Shown: positions 30,272-40,134 of the stretch, piece after piece
Position numbering within the stretch: position 1 is the stretch's first letter
Layout: every line of letters starts with the position of its first letter
Assembly (NCBI GenBank): GCA_903847915.1
Contig: CAINEW010000022.1
Span: 1,268 to 65,267, forward strand
Origin: an uncultured bacterium
GTDB lineage: Bacteria; Patescibacteriota; Minisyncoccia; UBA6257; GWB1-50-10
Direction of reading: 5' to 3'
DNA: 64,000 nucleotides
Program-made: the position numbers and the translations under genes
The notes under the pieces: generated by a model
Databases searched by the model: none
What the model was told of the DNA's origin: nothing
What the model saw: only the letters and a program-made list of their open reading frames with translations

Positions 30272-30889
30272 ATGTTATATTACAAAAAAATAGTGTCGCG
30301 ATGGGCAATCATAGGACTTATATTGCATATCTTATGTATGCCTTTATTTACTTCTCAAAGAAACGAAATAGTGCTTCTATTTACTAGTTTCACGCTTCCA
30401 TTTTCAACCCCTCTTTTGTTGGATTTCTTGATTGTTCCTTTATCGTTTTTTTTATTCTATCTTATAGTTTTAAAAAGAGACGACAAAGAGGAATATCTTT
30501 CTCAACCGACATTTTTGGGGAACGTGATAGAAAATATCTGTTTCACATTATTTTTTGGAGTATTGGCAGGGATAATCATCAGTACAGTATTATACGGAGT
30601 TTTCTTCCAATATCTTCAGTTTAAGAACACATTTTTATTGGTAAGTATTATATGTTCTTTATTAATTGCCTATAGAGAAGAGTATGATACATATCCGCCT
30701 TACGGCATTATTGTGTGTGGATGTATAGGAATGATGTGGGGAATTGTGAATGGGATATTTTCTAGCATCATTTTTTTCGGAGAGATCACGCTCGTAAATT
30801 ATGTGATGAGAGGCGCGGTCTCTATAATAAGGATAGTAGTGGGTGCGATATTATATATCCACACGCTCGATTTTTACGAAGAAGAGTAG
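30272..30889 (+). CDS. hypothetical polytopic membrane protein
   Basis: 205 aa with five or six hydrophobic helices; followed by a terminator at 30897-30927. Confidence 0.5.
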   Translation: MLYYKKIVSRWAIIGLILHILCMPLFTSQRNEIVLLFTSFTLPFSTPLLLDFLIVPLSFFLFYLIVLKRDDKEEYLSQPTFLGNVIENICFTLFFGVLAGIIISTVLYGVFFQYLQFKNTFLLVSIICSLLIAYREEYDTYPPYGIIVCGCIGMMWGIVNGIFSSIIFFGEITLVNYVMRGAVSIIRIVVGAILYIHTLDFYEEE

Positions 30890-30896
30890 TGTTACA

Positions 30897-30927
30897 AAAA
30901 CCTGTTTAAGAATAAACAGGTTTTTAT
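30897..30927 (+). terminator. rho-independent terminator (AAACCTGTTTA...TAAACAGGTTT + T-run)
   Basis: Perfect 11-bp stem followed by TTTTTAT. Confidence 0.65.
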
Positions 30928-31020
30928 ATTAAAAGATCTCTACTTGCACGAGAAGGGGTGTTTGGGGTAGGGTAGAGGAAGAATAATTTACATATTTAAT
31001 AATTTTATAGAAAGGATTTT

Positions 31021-31152
31021 ATGACATTTGGCGTAGTGATGCTCCTGATGGGAGAGCTGCTCGGGGTCGTTTTGCTTTATCTGTTTATTAAAAAAGAACA
31101 GAAAAAGCAAAAAAAGAAAAAAGAAGAAGAAGAAATAAAAGCGAAAGGATAA
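31021..31152 (+). CDS. small membrane protein (43 aa), lysine/glutamate-rich tail
   Basis: Strong RBS GAAAGGATTTT before the ATG. Reads MTFGVVMLLMGELLGVVLLYLFIKKEQKKQKKKKEEEEIKAKG. Followed by an AAAGGATA/ATATCCTTT hairpin and a T-run at 31139-31165. Confidence 0.45.
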   Translation: MTFGVVMLLMGELLGVVLLYLFIKKEQKKQKKKKEEEEIKAKG

Positions 31153-31331
31153 TATCCTTTCGTTTTTTTGTCCGTCTTCGCAGAAGATCGTGGGTGTAAG
31201 CTCGTGAATGAATGTGAAGGTTGTGGAGCTTCATAATAAAAAAACAGCGTTCCTATTTTCATGTTTCAGGTACGCTGTCTAATTTATCGAGTTTTCTTCT
31301 CGCCGAGATTATTTACTCGGAAAAGCATGCA

Positions 31332-31826
31332 TTACGTAAGAAATTCATTATTACTGATAGAATTTCCTTGCACCAAATATAAAGATTCGCTTGCAATCAC
31401 TGCTCGAGTATGATTATCGACCCTCCGAATCAAGGTTGCATCGCTTTCGTTCAAATCGTTGTCGCTATAAGAAAAACCAAATCCACTCTTGTTGTCGATT
31501 CTGGTTGTAGGGGTAATTGCATCTGAAATTCTGTAATTGTTGTTACAATTTTGAGGCGATATATCAATACTGAAGGCAACTTCTGCGTTCATAGCGGGCG
31601 TAAAAACCGGAGAGAAAACGGCAGTGTGAGTTTTCTGGTTGTCAAAAGAAGAAAGATTCAAAACGGCAATGTCGGTAGTAAAGCTACCTCCAGGAGCTTG
31701 AATAACAATGCAATTCAACGATGTGTTTTTTCTTTCTGATCCTGATTGTGATGACTGCGTGCATGCCAGTGCCAAAGAGGTACTGACAAGAGTAAGCAAA
31801 ACGAATAAAGCGATGAGGTTTCTCAT
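31332..31826 (-). CDS. hypothetical lipoprotein
   Basis: Signal peptide with lipobox LALAC; 164 aa. Confidence 0.5.
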   Translation of the reverse strand: MRNLIALFVLLTLVSTSLALACTQSSQSGSERKNTSLNCIVIQAPGGSFTTDIAVLNLSSFDNQKTHTAVFSPVFTPAMNAEVAFSIDISPQNCNNNYRISDAITPTTRIDNKSGFGFSYSDNDLNESDATLIRRVDNHTRAVIASESLYLVQGNSISNNEFLT

Positions 31827-31985
31827 GACAGAATTCCTTTCCTAAATTTAAATTGTGAAAAAAACATAATCATTCAAGAAATATCTTTTCAGTGATTACT
31901 TAGTAAGTATTACAAAAGAGAAAATTTTGTCAAGCAAGAAAGTTATCCACAATTTTATAAACAAAGAGGCATTTTATACTCTTTT

Positions 31986-33125
31986 TTAAAGATTCAAATT
32001 CCCATTCGCTTTCATAGGATACTTCTTCTTTTGTAAATAAGCGATGTGGCCTGCAACACCAATCATGGCGGCATTGTCCGTGTTATATTCCATCGCGGGC
32101 GCAAAAAATCGTGCGCCTATTTTTTTACTTGCAGATTCAAGTTGTGTGCGCAGTGCTTTGTTGGCCGCAACGCCTCCGGAGAGCATTACCGAGCGTGCAC
32201 AATAGTGTTCTGCGGCACGAATCGTTTTTTTAATTAATGTTTCACATGCGGCTTCTTGAAAACTTGCAGCAACATCATTCATATTTGCCTTTGGGTGATC
32301 ACGAAGATAATAAAGTACGGCAGTTTTGAGTCCCGAAAAACTGAAACGGAAATTCTTTTCATGCATCAAAGGGCGTGGGAAGGGAATCGCGTGAGAACTG
32401 CCTTTCTGTGCTGATTTTTCAATTTCGGGGCCTCCGGGATAGGGGAGGTTTAACATCCGCGCCACCTTATCAAATGCTTCGCCGACCGCATCGTCCACCG
32501 TCTCACCAAGTTTGTGTACGTGATAGAGCGAATCCATTTTGAGGAGAATAGTATGTCCTCCACTTACAATAAGCGCGATGGCAGGAAATAGTTTGATGTT
32601 GTTCGTTATAGTTTTTTGATCTTTTGTTTTGTGAGGCAACAAAAAACTATAAAGATGACCCTCTAAATGATTGGCGCCCACAAGTTTTATTTTTTTATTT
32701 TTAATCTTTAATTTCTTATAAATCTCTTTTACAAATCCAATGCCTGTCCACAGCGCGGGCTCAAGTCCGGGACCAACGGTGACCGCAATCAAGTCAGGAA
32801 CAAATTTCGAATTTGTAATGTTGAATTTTGATTGATTTTTTAATTTAGAATTCTTTAATTCATTCGAAATTGGAAATTCCTTGCCCGTCGAAGTCTTGAC
32901 GAAGGTGGGAGAATTCAAAATTTTCTCATAAAGAATCGGAAGATTTTTTAAATGTTCTCGTTTTGCCAAATTAGGCACCACGCCACCAAAAGGGCGGTGA
33001 ATCGCAATTTGCGAAGACACAAAATTTTCTAACACGGTATATTTTGGCGCGTGATTCGTTCCCGCTGTTTTAAGAAGCGCTATTGAAGTTTCGTCACATG
33101 ATGTCTCAATGGCTAAAATGTTCAT
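31986..33125 (-). CDS. tsaD: tRNA N6-adenosine threonylcarbamoyltransferase TsaD (Kae1/YgjD family)
   Basis: Begins MNILAIETSCDETSIALL and has an ASKH-fold with metal-binding His motifs; 379 aa with a low-complexity insertion. Confidence 0.85.
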   Translation of the reverse strand: MNILAIETSCDETSIALLKTAGTNHAPKYTVLENFVSSQIAIHRPFGGVVPNLAKREHLKNLPILYEKILNSPTFVKTSTGKEFPISNELKNSKLKNQSKFNITNSKFVPDLIAVTVGPGLEPALWTGIGFVKEIYKKLKIKNKKIKLVGANHLEGHLYSFLLPHKTKDQKTITNNIKLFPAIALIVSGGHTILLKMDSLYHVHKLGETVDDAVGEAFDKVARMLNLPYPGGPEIEKSAQKGSSHAIPFPRPLMHEKNFRFSFSGLKTAVLYYLRDHPKANMNDVAASFQEAACETLIKKTIRAAEHYCARSVMLSGGVAANKALRTQLESASKKIGARFFAPAMEYNTDNAAMIGVAGHIAYLQKKKYPMKANGNLNL

Positions 33126-33148
33126 AAATAGTATGAGGTCTTTACCCC

Positions 33149-33219
33149 GTCACCAAAAGAATATTTTTTATATTCACACTTCGGCGAAAGCCGTAAAGTG
33201 ATATTCTTTTTGGTGCGGG
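33149..33219. promoter_or_regulatory. 71-nt nested perfect palindrome in the tsaD/doxX divergent intergenic region
   Basis: CACCAAAAGAATATT...CACTT-CGGC-GAAA-GCCG-TAAAGTG...ATATTCTTTTTGGTG. The outer 15-bp arms and inner 5+4-bp arms are perfectly complementary. Confidence 0.5.
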
Positions 33220-33354
33220 GTTATCACATGAGGTTTCAATTGCAAGGATTATCATAGAAGAATACTAGCAAAAATAAGTGTATTGATAAATACCATAAAA
33301 GCGTTACATTGTATAACGCTTTATTTTTTTATATAAAGAGTATAAAGTAGGGCT

Positions 33355-33756
33355 ATGATTACTACCTTATTTGTATTCGGGGATTGGGCGCTTTTTGCGC
33401 TTCGGGTCGTGTTGGGGGCAATTATGATTACACACGGATGGCAGAAAGCGAAAGGAATTAAGGGCACCGCAGGATGGCTCGGCTCGCTAGGATTTAAGCC
33501 CGCAATAATGTGGGCGTATATCGCGACATATGTAGAATTATTAGGGGGATTATGTCTTGTGTTTGGATTTCTCACACAATATGCCTCAATTCTCATTGCG
33601 CTCCAATTTATTGTCATTCTTTTAAAAATCAAAAAGTTTCAAAAATTCATGGGCGAAGGGGGTTACGAACTTGATCTCTTAATTCTTGTGGGGATGTTAG
33701 TACTTCTTACGGTAGGAAGTGGGGCGCTTTCATTAGATACCACACTTTTCTTTTAA
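33355..33756 (+). CDS. DoxX family membrane protein
   Basis: 133 aa, four TM helices, DoxX-like LGSLGFKPAIMWAYIATYVELLGGLCLVFG. Confidence 0.7.
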   Translation: MITTLFVFGDWALFALRVVLGAIMITHGWQKAKGIKGTAGWLGSLGFKPAIMWAYIATYVELLGGLCLVFGFLTQYASILIALQFIVILLKIKKFQKFMGEGGYELDLLILVGMLVLLTVGSGALSLDTTLFF

Positions 33757-33785
33757 TATTTATGTGCGCTCTATAAAAATAGAGC

Positions 33786-35300
33786 GTGCGTTTCTTTATG
33801 ACACGTTTTTTTGAAATGCTTCCTGCGATAAGTTCGTGGGGAACATTACTTATTCTTATTTTTTTTTCATGGCAAGCACCTGCATGGGTCGCGGTCTTTA
33901 TCGTGCTCTACGATCTCTATTGGTTTTTAAAAACGCTCTATCTTTTTTTCTATTTACGCTATTCCTTTAAAACGCTCAAAGTGCATACAGCAATGGATTG
34001 GCGCGCACGCCTTATTGGCGAGCAGTTGAAATGGGAACATCTTCACCATCTCATCATCCTTCCAATGTATCATGAGCCGTATGAAGTGGTGCGAGAAACG
34101 TTTCAAGATCTTGCGCGTACGAATTATCCGCGTGAAAAAATGCACGTGGTGCTCGCGACCGAAGAGCGAGGAGGGGAGAATGATATAAAAACTGCGGAAC
34201 GTATCGCGCAAGAATTTGGTAACATCTTCGGGGGATTTTTAGTGACCGTGCATCCGAAAGATATTGAAGGCGAACTTCCCGGAAAAGGATCAAATGAAAC
34301 CTATGCGGCACGTGAAGCGGTGCGGGTATTGATTGACGCGAATCATATTGCGTATGAAGAGGTATTGGTTTCCGTGTTTGATAGTGACACGCGCGCAGGA
34401 CGGGAATATTTCGGTGTGCTTGCGTACCATTTTCTCACCGCGCCACACCCGATGCGTTCCAGTTATCAACCCGTGCCACTGTTTGTTAATCGGATTTATA
34501 GTGTACCTCTTTTTGCGCGCCTCATTTCATTTTCCGCAAGTTTTTGGCAATTTATGCAACAAGCGCGCCCCGAGCAGCTCGTCACTTTTTCATCACATAG
34601 TATGCCTTTGAAGCCACTTATAGAAATTGGTTTTTGGCATACAGGGATGGTTTCAGAGGATTCGCGCATTTTTTTTCAATGTTTTATTCATTACAAAGGT
34701 GACTGGCGCGCCGTCCCTCTTTTTTATCCTGTGGAAATGGATCCAGTGGATGGTACTACGGCGTGGGAGACATTAAAAAATCTCTACAAACAACAGCGAC
34801 GATGGGCATGGGGGGTGGAAAATATTCCCTATGTACTCACCTCGTTTGTAAAAGAAAAAGGAATCGCGTTCAGAAAAAAGTGTTATTGGGTGTGGCTTCT
34901 CTTTGATGGATTTCATTCGTGGGCAACGAGCTCGTTTATCATTTTTCTTTTTGGTGTATTGCCAAATATTATCGGAGGAGAGGTGTTTACCACCAGTGTG
35001 CTTTCTTATAACCTCCCGCGTCTCACCGGCACGCTCATTAATATGAGCGTGATTGGGATTGTGACTTCAGCGCTCTTAAGCGTAATTCTTATTCCTCCTC
35101 ATACACGCAAAGAGCCTCATCAACCCTATATTTATCTTTTTTATACTCTTCAATGGTTTCTCATTCCGATTACTTTTGTGATGTTTAGCGCGATTCCTGC
35201 GCTTGAGTCACAAACTCGTCTTATGTTAGGAGGAAAATTTCGTCTTGGATTTTGGAAAACGCCAAAAAGAGAATTGAGAGAAGCGCCACGGGAGGCGTAA
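33786..35300 (+). CDS. processive family-2 glycosyltransferase (cellulose-synthase-like, QxxRW motif)
   Basis: FDSDT (DxD) and QQRRWAWG (QxxRW) motifs with flanking TM helices; 504 aa. Confidence 0.65.
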   Translation: MRFFMTRFFEMLPAISSWGTLLILIFFSWQAPAWVAVFIVLYDLYWFLKTLYLFFYLRYSFKTLKVHTAMDWRARLIGEQLKWEHLHHLIILPMYHEPYEVVRETFQDLARTNYPREKMHVVLATEERGGENDIKTAERIAQEFGNIFGGFLVTVHPKDIEGELPGKGSNETYAAREAVRVLIDANHIAYEEVLVSVFDSDTRAGREYFGVLAYHFLTAPHPMRSSYQPVPLFVNRIYSVPLFARLISFSASFWQFMQQARPEQLVTFSSHSMPLKPLIEIGFWHTGMVSEDSRIFFQCFIHYKGDWRAVPLFYPVEMDPVDGTTAWETLKNLYKQQRRWAWGVENIPYVLTSFVKEKGIAFRKKCYWVWLLFDGFHSWATSSFIIFLFGVLPNIIGGEVFTTSVLSYNLPRLTGTLINMSVIGIVTSALLSVILIPPHTRKEPHQPYIYLFYTLQWFLIPITFVMFSAIPALESQTRLMLGGKFRLGFWKTPKRELREAPREA

Positions 35301-35316
35301 GAGGTATAATAAACAT

Positions 35317-35853
35317 ATGAAAGAATATGTGGCGCAAGGGATCGTATTAGGAAGGCGTCCGCGAGGCATTGCGGATGAAACAATTGACCTTTTCACAAAA
35401 GAATTGGGGAGGATTGAAGTGCGTGCGGTAGGATCACGTCAGCCTCGCTCAAAATTTTCGTCACATCTTGATGTATTGAATTGCGTCCATATTCGCCTCG
35501 CACATAAAAGCGCCTATACACTCACCGACGCACTCACTTCAGCACGAGTACACGGAGGAACAAAAAAAGGCATCCGTCTTTTTACACTTCTTGAGTGTGC
35601 CTATGCGCTTCGTCACCTTCTTGCATTTGCGATGCCTGACGCACGGGTATGGTATTATCTTCGCGATATGATTCAAAAAGGTGGAGGAACTATTCGTGCA
35701 TTTCTTGTGCTCCTTGGTTATAACCCACTCCATGCATCATGTATCCACTGTAAGGCAAAAAAAGTGGCGTGGTTTGATTGCGCGAATCATAACTTTGTAT
35801 GTGCAACGTGTGCTACCAGAATTTCTCAAAATACGTTAATCTATATTCTATAA
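35317..35853 (+). CDS. recO: DNA repair protein RecO
   Basis: N-terminal OB-fold (GIVLGRRPRGIADETIDLFTKELGRIEVRAVG) and a C-terminal zinc finger CIHC...CATC. Confidence 0.75.
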   Translation: MKEYVAQGIVLGRRPRGIADETIDLFTKELGRIEVRAVGSRQPRSKFSSHLDVLNCVHIRLAHKSAYTLTDALTSARVHGGTKKGIRLFTLLECAYALRHLLAFAMPDARVWYYLRDMIQKGGGTIRAFLVLLGYNPLHASCIHCKAKKVAWFDCANHNFVCATCATRISQNTLIYIL

Positions 35854-35854
35854 T

Positions 35855-37645
35855 ATGCAACACGAACAAGAAGCTACTCCTTCGTCATGGGGAGATGAAG
35901 CGCAAAAATATTCACCTTCACTTTTTAGTCATAAGGGAATCTGGATAGGGATGAGTGTGGTAGCACTTTTAGTTATTGGAGGAGGATTGATAATGTTTCG
36001 CGGAGGGAGTACACAAGATCAATCAATAACCCTTTCACTTCACGGTGCCGATAAAGTGGCGCGTGGTGTACCATTTGATCTTGAAGTGGCGATGCAAAAC
36101 ATAGGCCAAAGTGCAGTGCGTGATGCAATTATTCGCTTAAATCTTCCCGCATCAGTAATTGCGCTTAACGCGCTAGGACAACAGTCAATGATCGTGAACG
36201 ATTCGCTGGGTGATATTGGTGGAGGGACCACCGCAAAAAGAGTATTCACACTAGTCGCAGTGGGGGAAGTGCGTAGCGTAGCGTCTCTTGAGGCAACACT
36301 CTCGTATACCAAAGAAGGAAAAAATCGTTTTGAAGCCACAGAAAAAAAAGAATTAACGATTAAAGAATCCGCCATTCGTCTTGAGGTTTCGGCGCCAGAT
36401 CATGTAGTGCTCGGCTCTCAATTTACCGTGACAGTGAATTATCAAAATGCAGAAGATTTTAATTTTCAAGGAGTGACGCTCCAAGCAGAATATCCTTCTG
36501 CGTTCAAGTTTATATCAGCAAGTTTTTCGCCCGACTCATTAAATAATTATTGGCGTCTTGGAGAATTACGAAAAGGATCAAAAGGAGAATTACAAATAAA
36601 AGGATCGCTTGAAGGGACGAGTGAAACAACGGTCGGAATGCCGATCAAGCTTTCGGTGCGTTTTGGGAGTACGGATTATATACTTGCAGAATCACATCTT
36701 TCAATCGCCTTAGCGCCTCCACCAATTACACTGACCACAAACGTCAATGGAAGAGATGATTATGTGGCACGTGTGGGAGATCGTCTTATCTATAGAATCC
36801 ATTATGAAAATAAAAGTGGTATTGCCCTTGCCGACGCAGTAATAAAAACAGAGTTAATGGGCGAACTATTTGATGTAGGGACTCTTTCCACAAATGGAGA
36901 TATCAATCTTCAATCACGCACTATTATATGGAATGCGTCAAAAGTGCCTGCGCTCAAAACAATTGATCCGGGGAGTTCGGGAGATGTGGGATTTGAAATC
37001 AATCTCTTATCTACATTTCCGCTTAAACGGTTAAGTGATAAAAATTATCTCGTACGTATGCGCGCGACTATGGAGTCGCCTTCAGTGCCGTATTATCTCA
37101 CTGCCTCAAAAACCACCGCGTCAATGCTTTCTGAAATAAAAGTAGCGGGGCTTATCAGTGTAGATGCGCAAGCATTCTATCGTGATCTTGCCGCATTTGT
37201 AGTCAATAAAGGAACAATGCCTCCGAAGGTGGGAATGCCAACAGAATACACCGTGCACTGGAATGTGCGTAATTATGGTACGGACGTAAGTCAGGTAGTT
37301 CTTCGAGCAACTCTTGCAAGCGGGGTGCGTTTTGTGGGAGCGGTGAAAAGTACGAACGATGTGGTTCCCCTTTACAACGAAAACACTCAAGAAGTTTCAT
37401 GGACAATTCCTACAGTGCTCGCAGGGCGGGGAGTGGTAGGGAGCCCACTCGAGGCAGTGTTCAAAATAGAGGCAACGCCCTCGGCAAATCAAGTGGGACA
37501 ATTTCAGCCATTGATGGGAGAAACGATATTGACCGCTACCGATTCGTTCACTGAAAGCAATCTTACGGCGCGTGACGTAGGGCTTACGACCGCCTTGCCA
37601 GATGATACCACAATAGGGCAAGATGGAGGGAAAGTAGTGCAATAA
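35855..37645 (+). CDS. large membrane-anchored surface protein, beta-rich repeats (DUF11-like)
   Basis: 596 aa; one N-terminal TM helix followed by repeated Ig-like beta-sandwich segments. Confidence 0.45.
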   Translation: MQHEQEATPSSWGDEAQKYSPSLFSHKGIWIGMSVVALLVIGGGLIMFRGGSTQDQSITLSLHGADKVARGVPFDLEVAMQNIGQSAVRDAIIRLNLPASVIALNALGQQSMIVNDSLGDIGGGTTAKRVFTLVAVGEVRSVASLEATLSYTKEGKNRFEATEKKELTIKESAIRLEVSAPDHVVLGSQFTVTVNYQNAEDFNFQGVTLQAEYPSAFKFISASFSPDSLNNYWRLGELRKGSKGELQIKGSLEGTSETTVGMPIKLSVRFGSTDYILAESHLSIALAPPPITLTTNVNGRDDYVARVGDRLIYRIHYENKSGIALADAVIKTELMGELFDVGTLSTNGDINLQSRTIIWNASKVPALKTIDPGSSGDVGFEINLLSTFPLKRLSDKNYLVRMRATMESPSVPYYLTASKTTASMLSEIKVAGLISVDAQAFYRDLAAFVVNKGTMPPKVGMPTEYTVHWNVRNYGTDVSQVVLRATLASGVRFVGAVKSTNDVVPLYNENTQEVSWTIPTVLAGRGVVGSPLEAVFKIEATPSANQVGQFQPLMGETILTATDSFTESNLTARDVGLTTALPDDTTIGQDGGKVVQ

Positions 37646-37651
37646 ATAAAT

Positions 37652-38770
37652 ATGTTCATAGATAAAAAACAACTTTCTTTCACAATTCTCGCACTTTGGG
37701 TATTAGTAGTGCTTATTTTTATTACGCCCAAAAACCAATCAAATATTTTTCTAGAAATAAATCCTAATGGAACAAAAATACTTCAATCTATCACAGATGA
37801 AAATAATAATCAAAAAAATTCTTTACAATCAGAAAAAAAAGAATGGATAAATTTAAAAGAAGAAGATTGTGTGATGAATCATGAAGTCACGACATATAAA
37901 AATAATGTAATCAAATTTAATATCACATTACCAAAAAACTGGTGCGTCCCTCTGTCTTCTCAAAATATTGAACCATCTTTTTATTATAATTGTTATGACG
38001 AAGAAAATTATTCAAAGCGTATTCATGAAAATTCTCGTTATTATTGTGAAACAAAAATAAGCGTTATGGGTGAAAAATACACCCCGTTTAAAGAAAATAA
38101 GGAAGTAGTAACATTAGGAAATTTACTTATAGAAAAAAGAAAAATTTATTCTGGATTTAATTACATCACACTATTTCAAAAAGAAAAAAGAACTCTTTTT
38201 ATTGAGTCAAACAACGATAGTATTATCGAGGAAAGTCTCTTAAGGAAAAGTATTGAAGAAATCTTTTAACAAAATATTGTTTTAATTCCTGATAAGGAGG
38301 AAGAATCTTACTCAAATGAAAAATATGGATTTAGTATAAAATATCCTGGTCATTATGCTCTGGTTAATGAAGTAAATTACAGCGCTCCTCAAACTGATTG
38401 GCAGGTATTTAGTGTTCATTTTATAACTCCAGAACAAGCAAAAAATTATTTCGGGAGGAGTGGTATAAATATCGCAGTGAGCACGCTAAGTTCTCATACC
38501 ACACCAGATCAATACTTTAAAGATAGAGAACAAAAATGTCGATCTCTTGCGTCTTCGTCAGAATACGAATCATATGATCCAGATGATTGTATTTCAGCAT
38601 CAAGTTATATAATAATAAAAAATTCACCACCGTCTTATAGATTGAACGAAGAAGGATTTAACGATGTGTCTGTATTTGGCAAGAACTATGTTTATGAGAT
38701 TTCTGGTGGTCGAGAGGATGAAAATGCGGTAGATTATATCTATAAGCATTTTGAATTAACTTCTGAATAA
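37652..38770 (+). pseudogene. 372-codon reading frame interrupted by a single in-frame TAA (38267-38269); AT-rich islet
   Basis: ORFs 37652-38269 and 38270/38477-38770 are in the same frame with no other stop between them. The downstream part has no ATG before a GTG at 38477. Local GC is about 30% against about 44% for the surroundings. Confidence 0.45.
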
Positions 38771-38776
38771 TATTAT

Positions 38777-40075
38777 ATGGATCTTTTTGAGAAAATAACT
38801 TCATTAGCGAAACGGCGCGGATTTGTGTATCCGGGTTCAGAAATTTATGGAGGATTCGCAGGCACATGGGATTACGGCCCACTTGGCGTAGAACTAAAAC
38901 GCAATATCAAAAACGAGTTTTGGAAAAATATGGTGACGATGCGGGAAAATATTGTAGGACTTGATGCGGCGATTGTGATGCACCCGCGCGTGTGGGAAGC
39001 ATCAGGTCATGTGGAATCGTTTGCAGATCCGCTTGTAGAATGTAAAAAATGCCATAAGCGTTTTCGCGCAGATCAAGTGGGGGAGAAATGCGGAGAATGT
39101 GGAGGCGAGTTCACTGGAGCAAAACAATTTAATTTATTGATGGAAACTGCCGTGGGGGTAGTGGAGGGATCAAAACAAAAAACATATTTACGCGGAGAAA
39201 TCACACAAGGGGTGCACGTCAATTTCAAAAATGTGGTGGACTCTACGCGCGTGAAGATTCCTTTTGGAATTGCGCAAGTCGGGAAGGCATTTCGCAACGA
39301 AATCACCCCGGGACAATTTACTTTCCGCTCACGAGAGTTTGAGCAAATGGAAGTGCAATTTTATGTGCCCCGCGACGATCAAAAATCAATGGAATGGTTT
39401 GAGTATTGGAAAGAGGAGCGTAAAAGTTGGTATGAATCGTTGGGGATGAGAAAAGAAAATCTCCGTTTCAAAGATCACGAAGCACTTGCACACTATGCGC
39501 GTGCTGCCTGCGATATTGAATATAACGTGGGAGATGATTGGAAAGAAATGGAAGGCATTCATCATCGGGGTGATTGGGATTTGCGCCGTCATCAAGAGTT
39601 TTCAAAACAGGATTTGACCTATTTTGATGATGCGACAAAAGAAAATTATTTGCCGTATGTGATTGAAACATCGGGTGGGGTAGATCGCGCAACTCTCTTC
39701 TTTTTAATGGACGCCTATCACGAAGAAGAAGTGAAAGAAGGAGAAATGCGCACAGTGCTAAAACTTCATCCAAAACTCGCGCCTTACAAAGCAGCGGTAT
39801 TTCCTCTGCTCGCGAATAAACCAGAACTCACTGAATGCGCGCAAAAGATATACAAAGAGTTACAGAAGTCATTTATGGTGACATGGGATGATAGAGGTAA
39901 TATAGGCAAGCGTTACCGTGCACAAGATGAAATCGGCACGCCTTATTGCGTTACGGTAGATTTCGATAGTTTGGAAAAGGGAGATGTAACCGTACGTGAC
40001 AGAGATACAATGCAACAAGAAAGGGTAAAAATATCAGAACTAGAAAATTATCTTCACAAAAAGATAGCTCTATAA
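38777..40075 (+). CDS. glyQS: glycine--tRNA ligase (dimeric alpha2 type)
   Basis: Begins MDLFEKITSLAKRRGFVYPGSEIYGGFAGTWDYGPLG and has class II motifs; 432 aa. Confidence 0.9.
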   Translation: MDLFEKITSLAKRRGFVYPGSEIYGGFAGTWDYGPLGVELKRNIKNEFWKNMVTMRENIVGLDAAIVMHPRVWEASGHVESFADPLVECKKCHKRFRADQVGEKCGECGGEFTGAKQFNLLMETAVGVVEGSKQKTYLRGEITQGVHVNFKNVVDSTRVKIPFGIAQVGKAFRNEITPGQFTFRSREFEQMEVQFYVPRDDQKSMEWFEYWKEERKSWYESLGMRKENLRFKDHEALAHYARAACDIEYNVGDDWKEMEGIHHRGDWDLRRHQEFSKQDLTYFDDATKENYLPYVIETSGGVDRATLFFLMDAYHEEEVKEGEMRTVLKLHPKLAPYKAAVFPLLANKPELTECAQKIYKELQKSFMVTWDDRGNIGKRYRAQDEIGTPYCVTVDFDSLEKGDVTVRDRDTMQQERVKISELENYLHKKIAL

Positions 40076-40083
40076 TAAAAGAA

Positions 40084-40110
40084 CGCCCCTAAGGGGCTGT
40101 TTCTTTTTTT
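40084..40110 (+). terminator. rho-independent terminator after glyQS
   Basis: GCCCC-TAA-GGGGC hairpin followed by TGTTTCTTTTTTT. Confidence 0.65.
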
Positions 40111-40134
40111 AAATCAACAGGGTATGATAAAACT

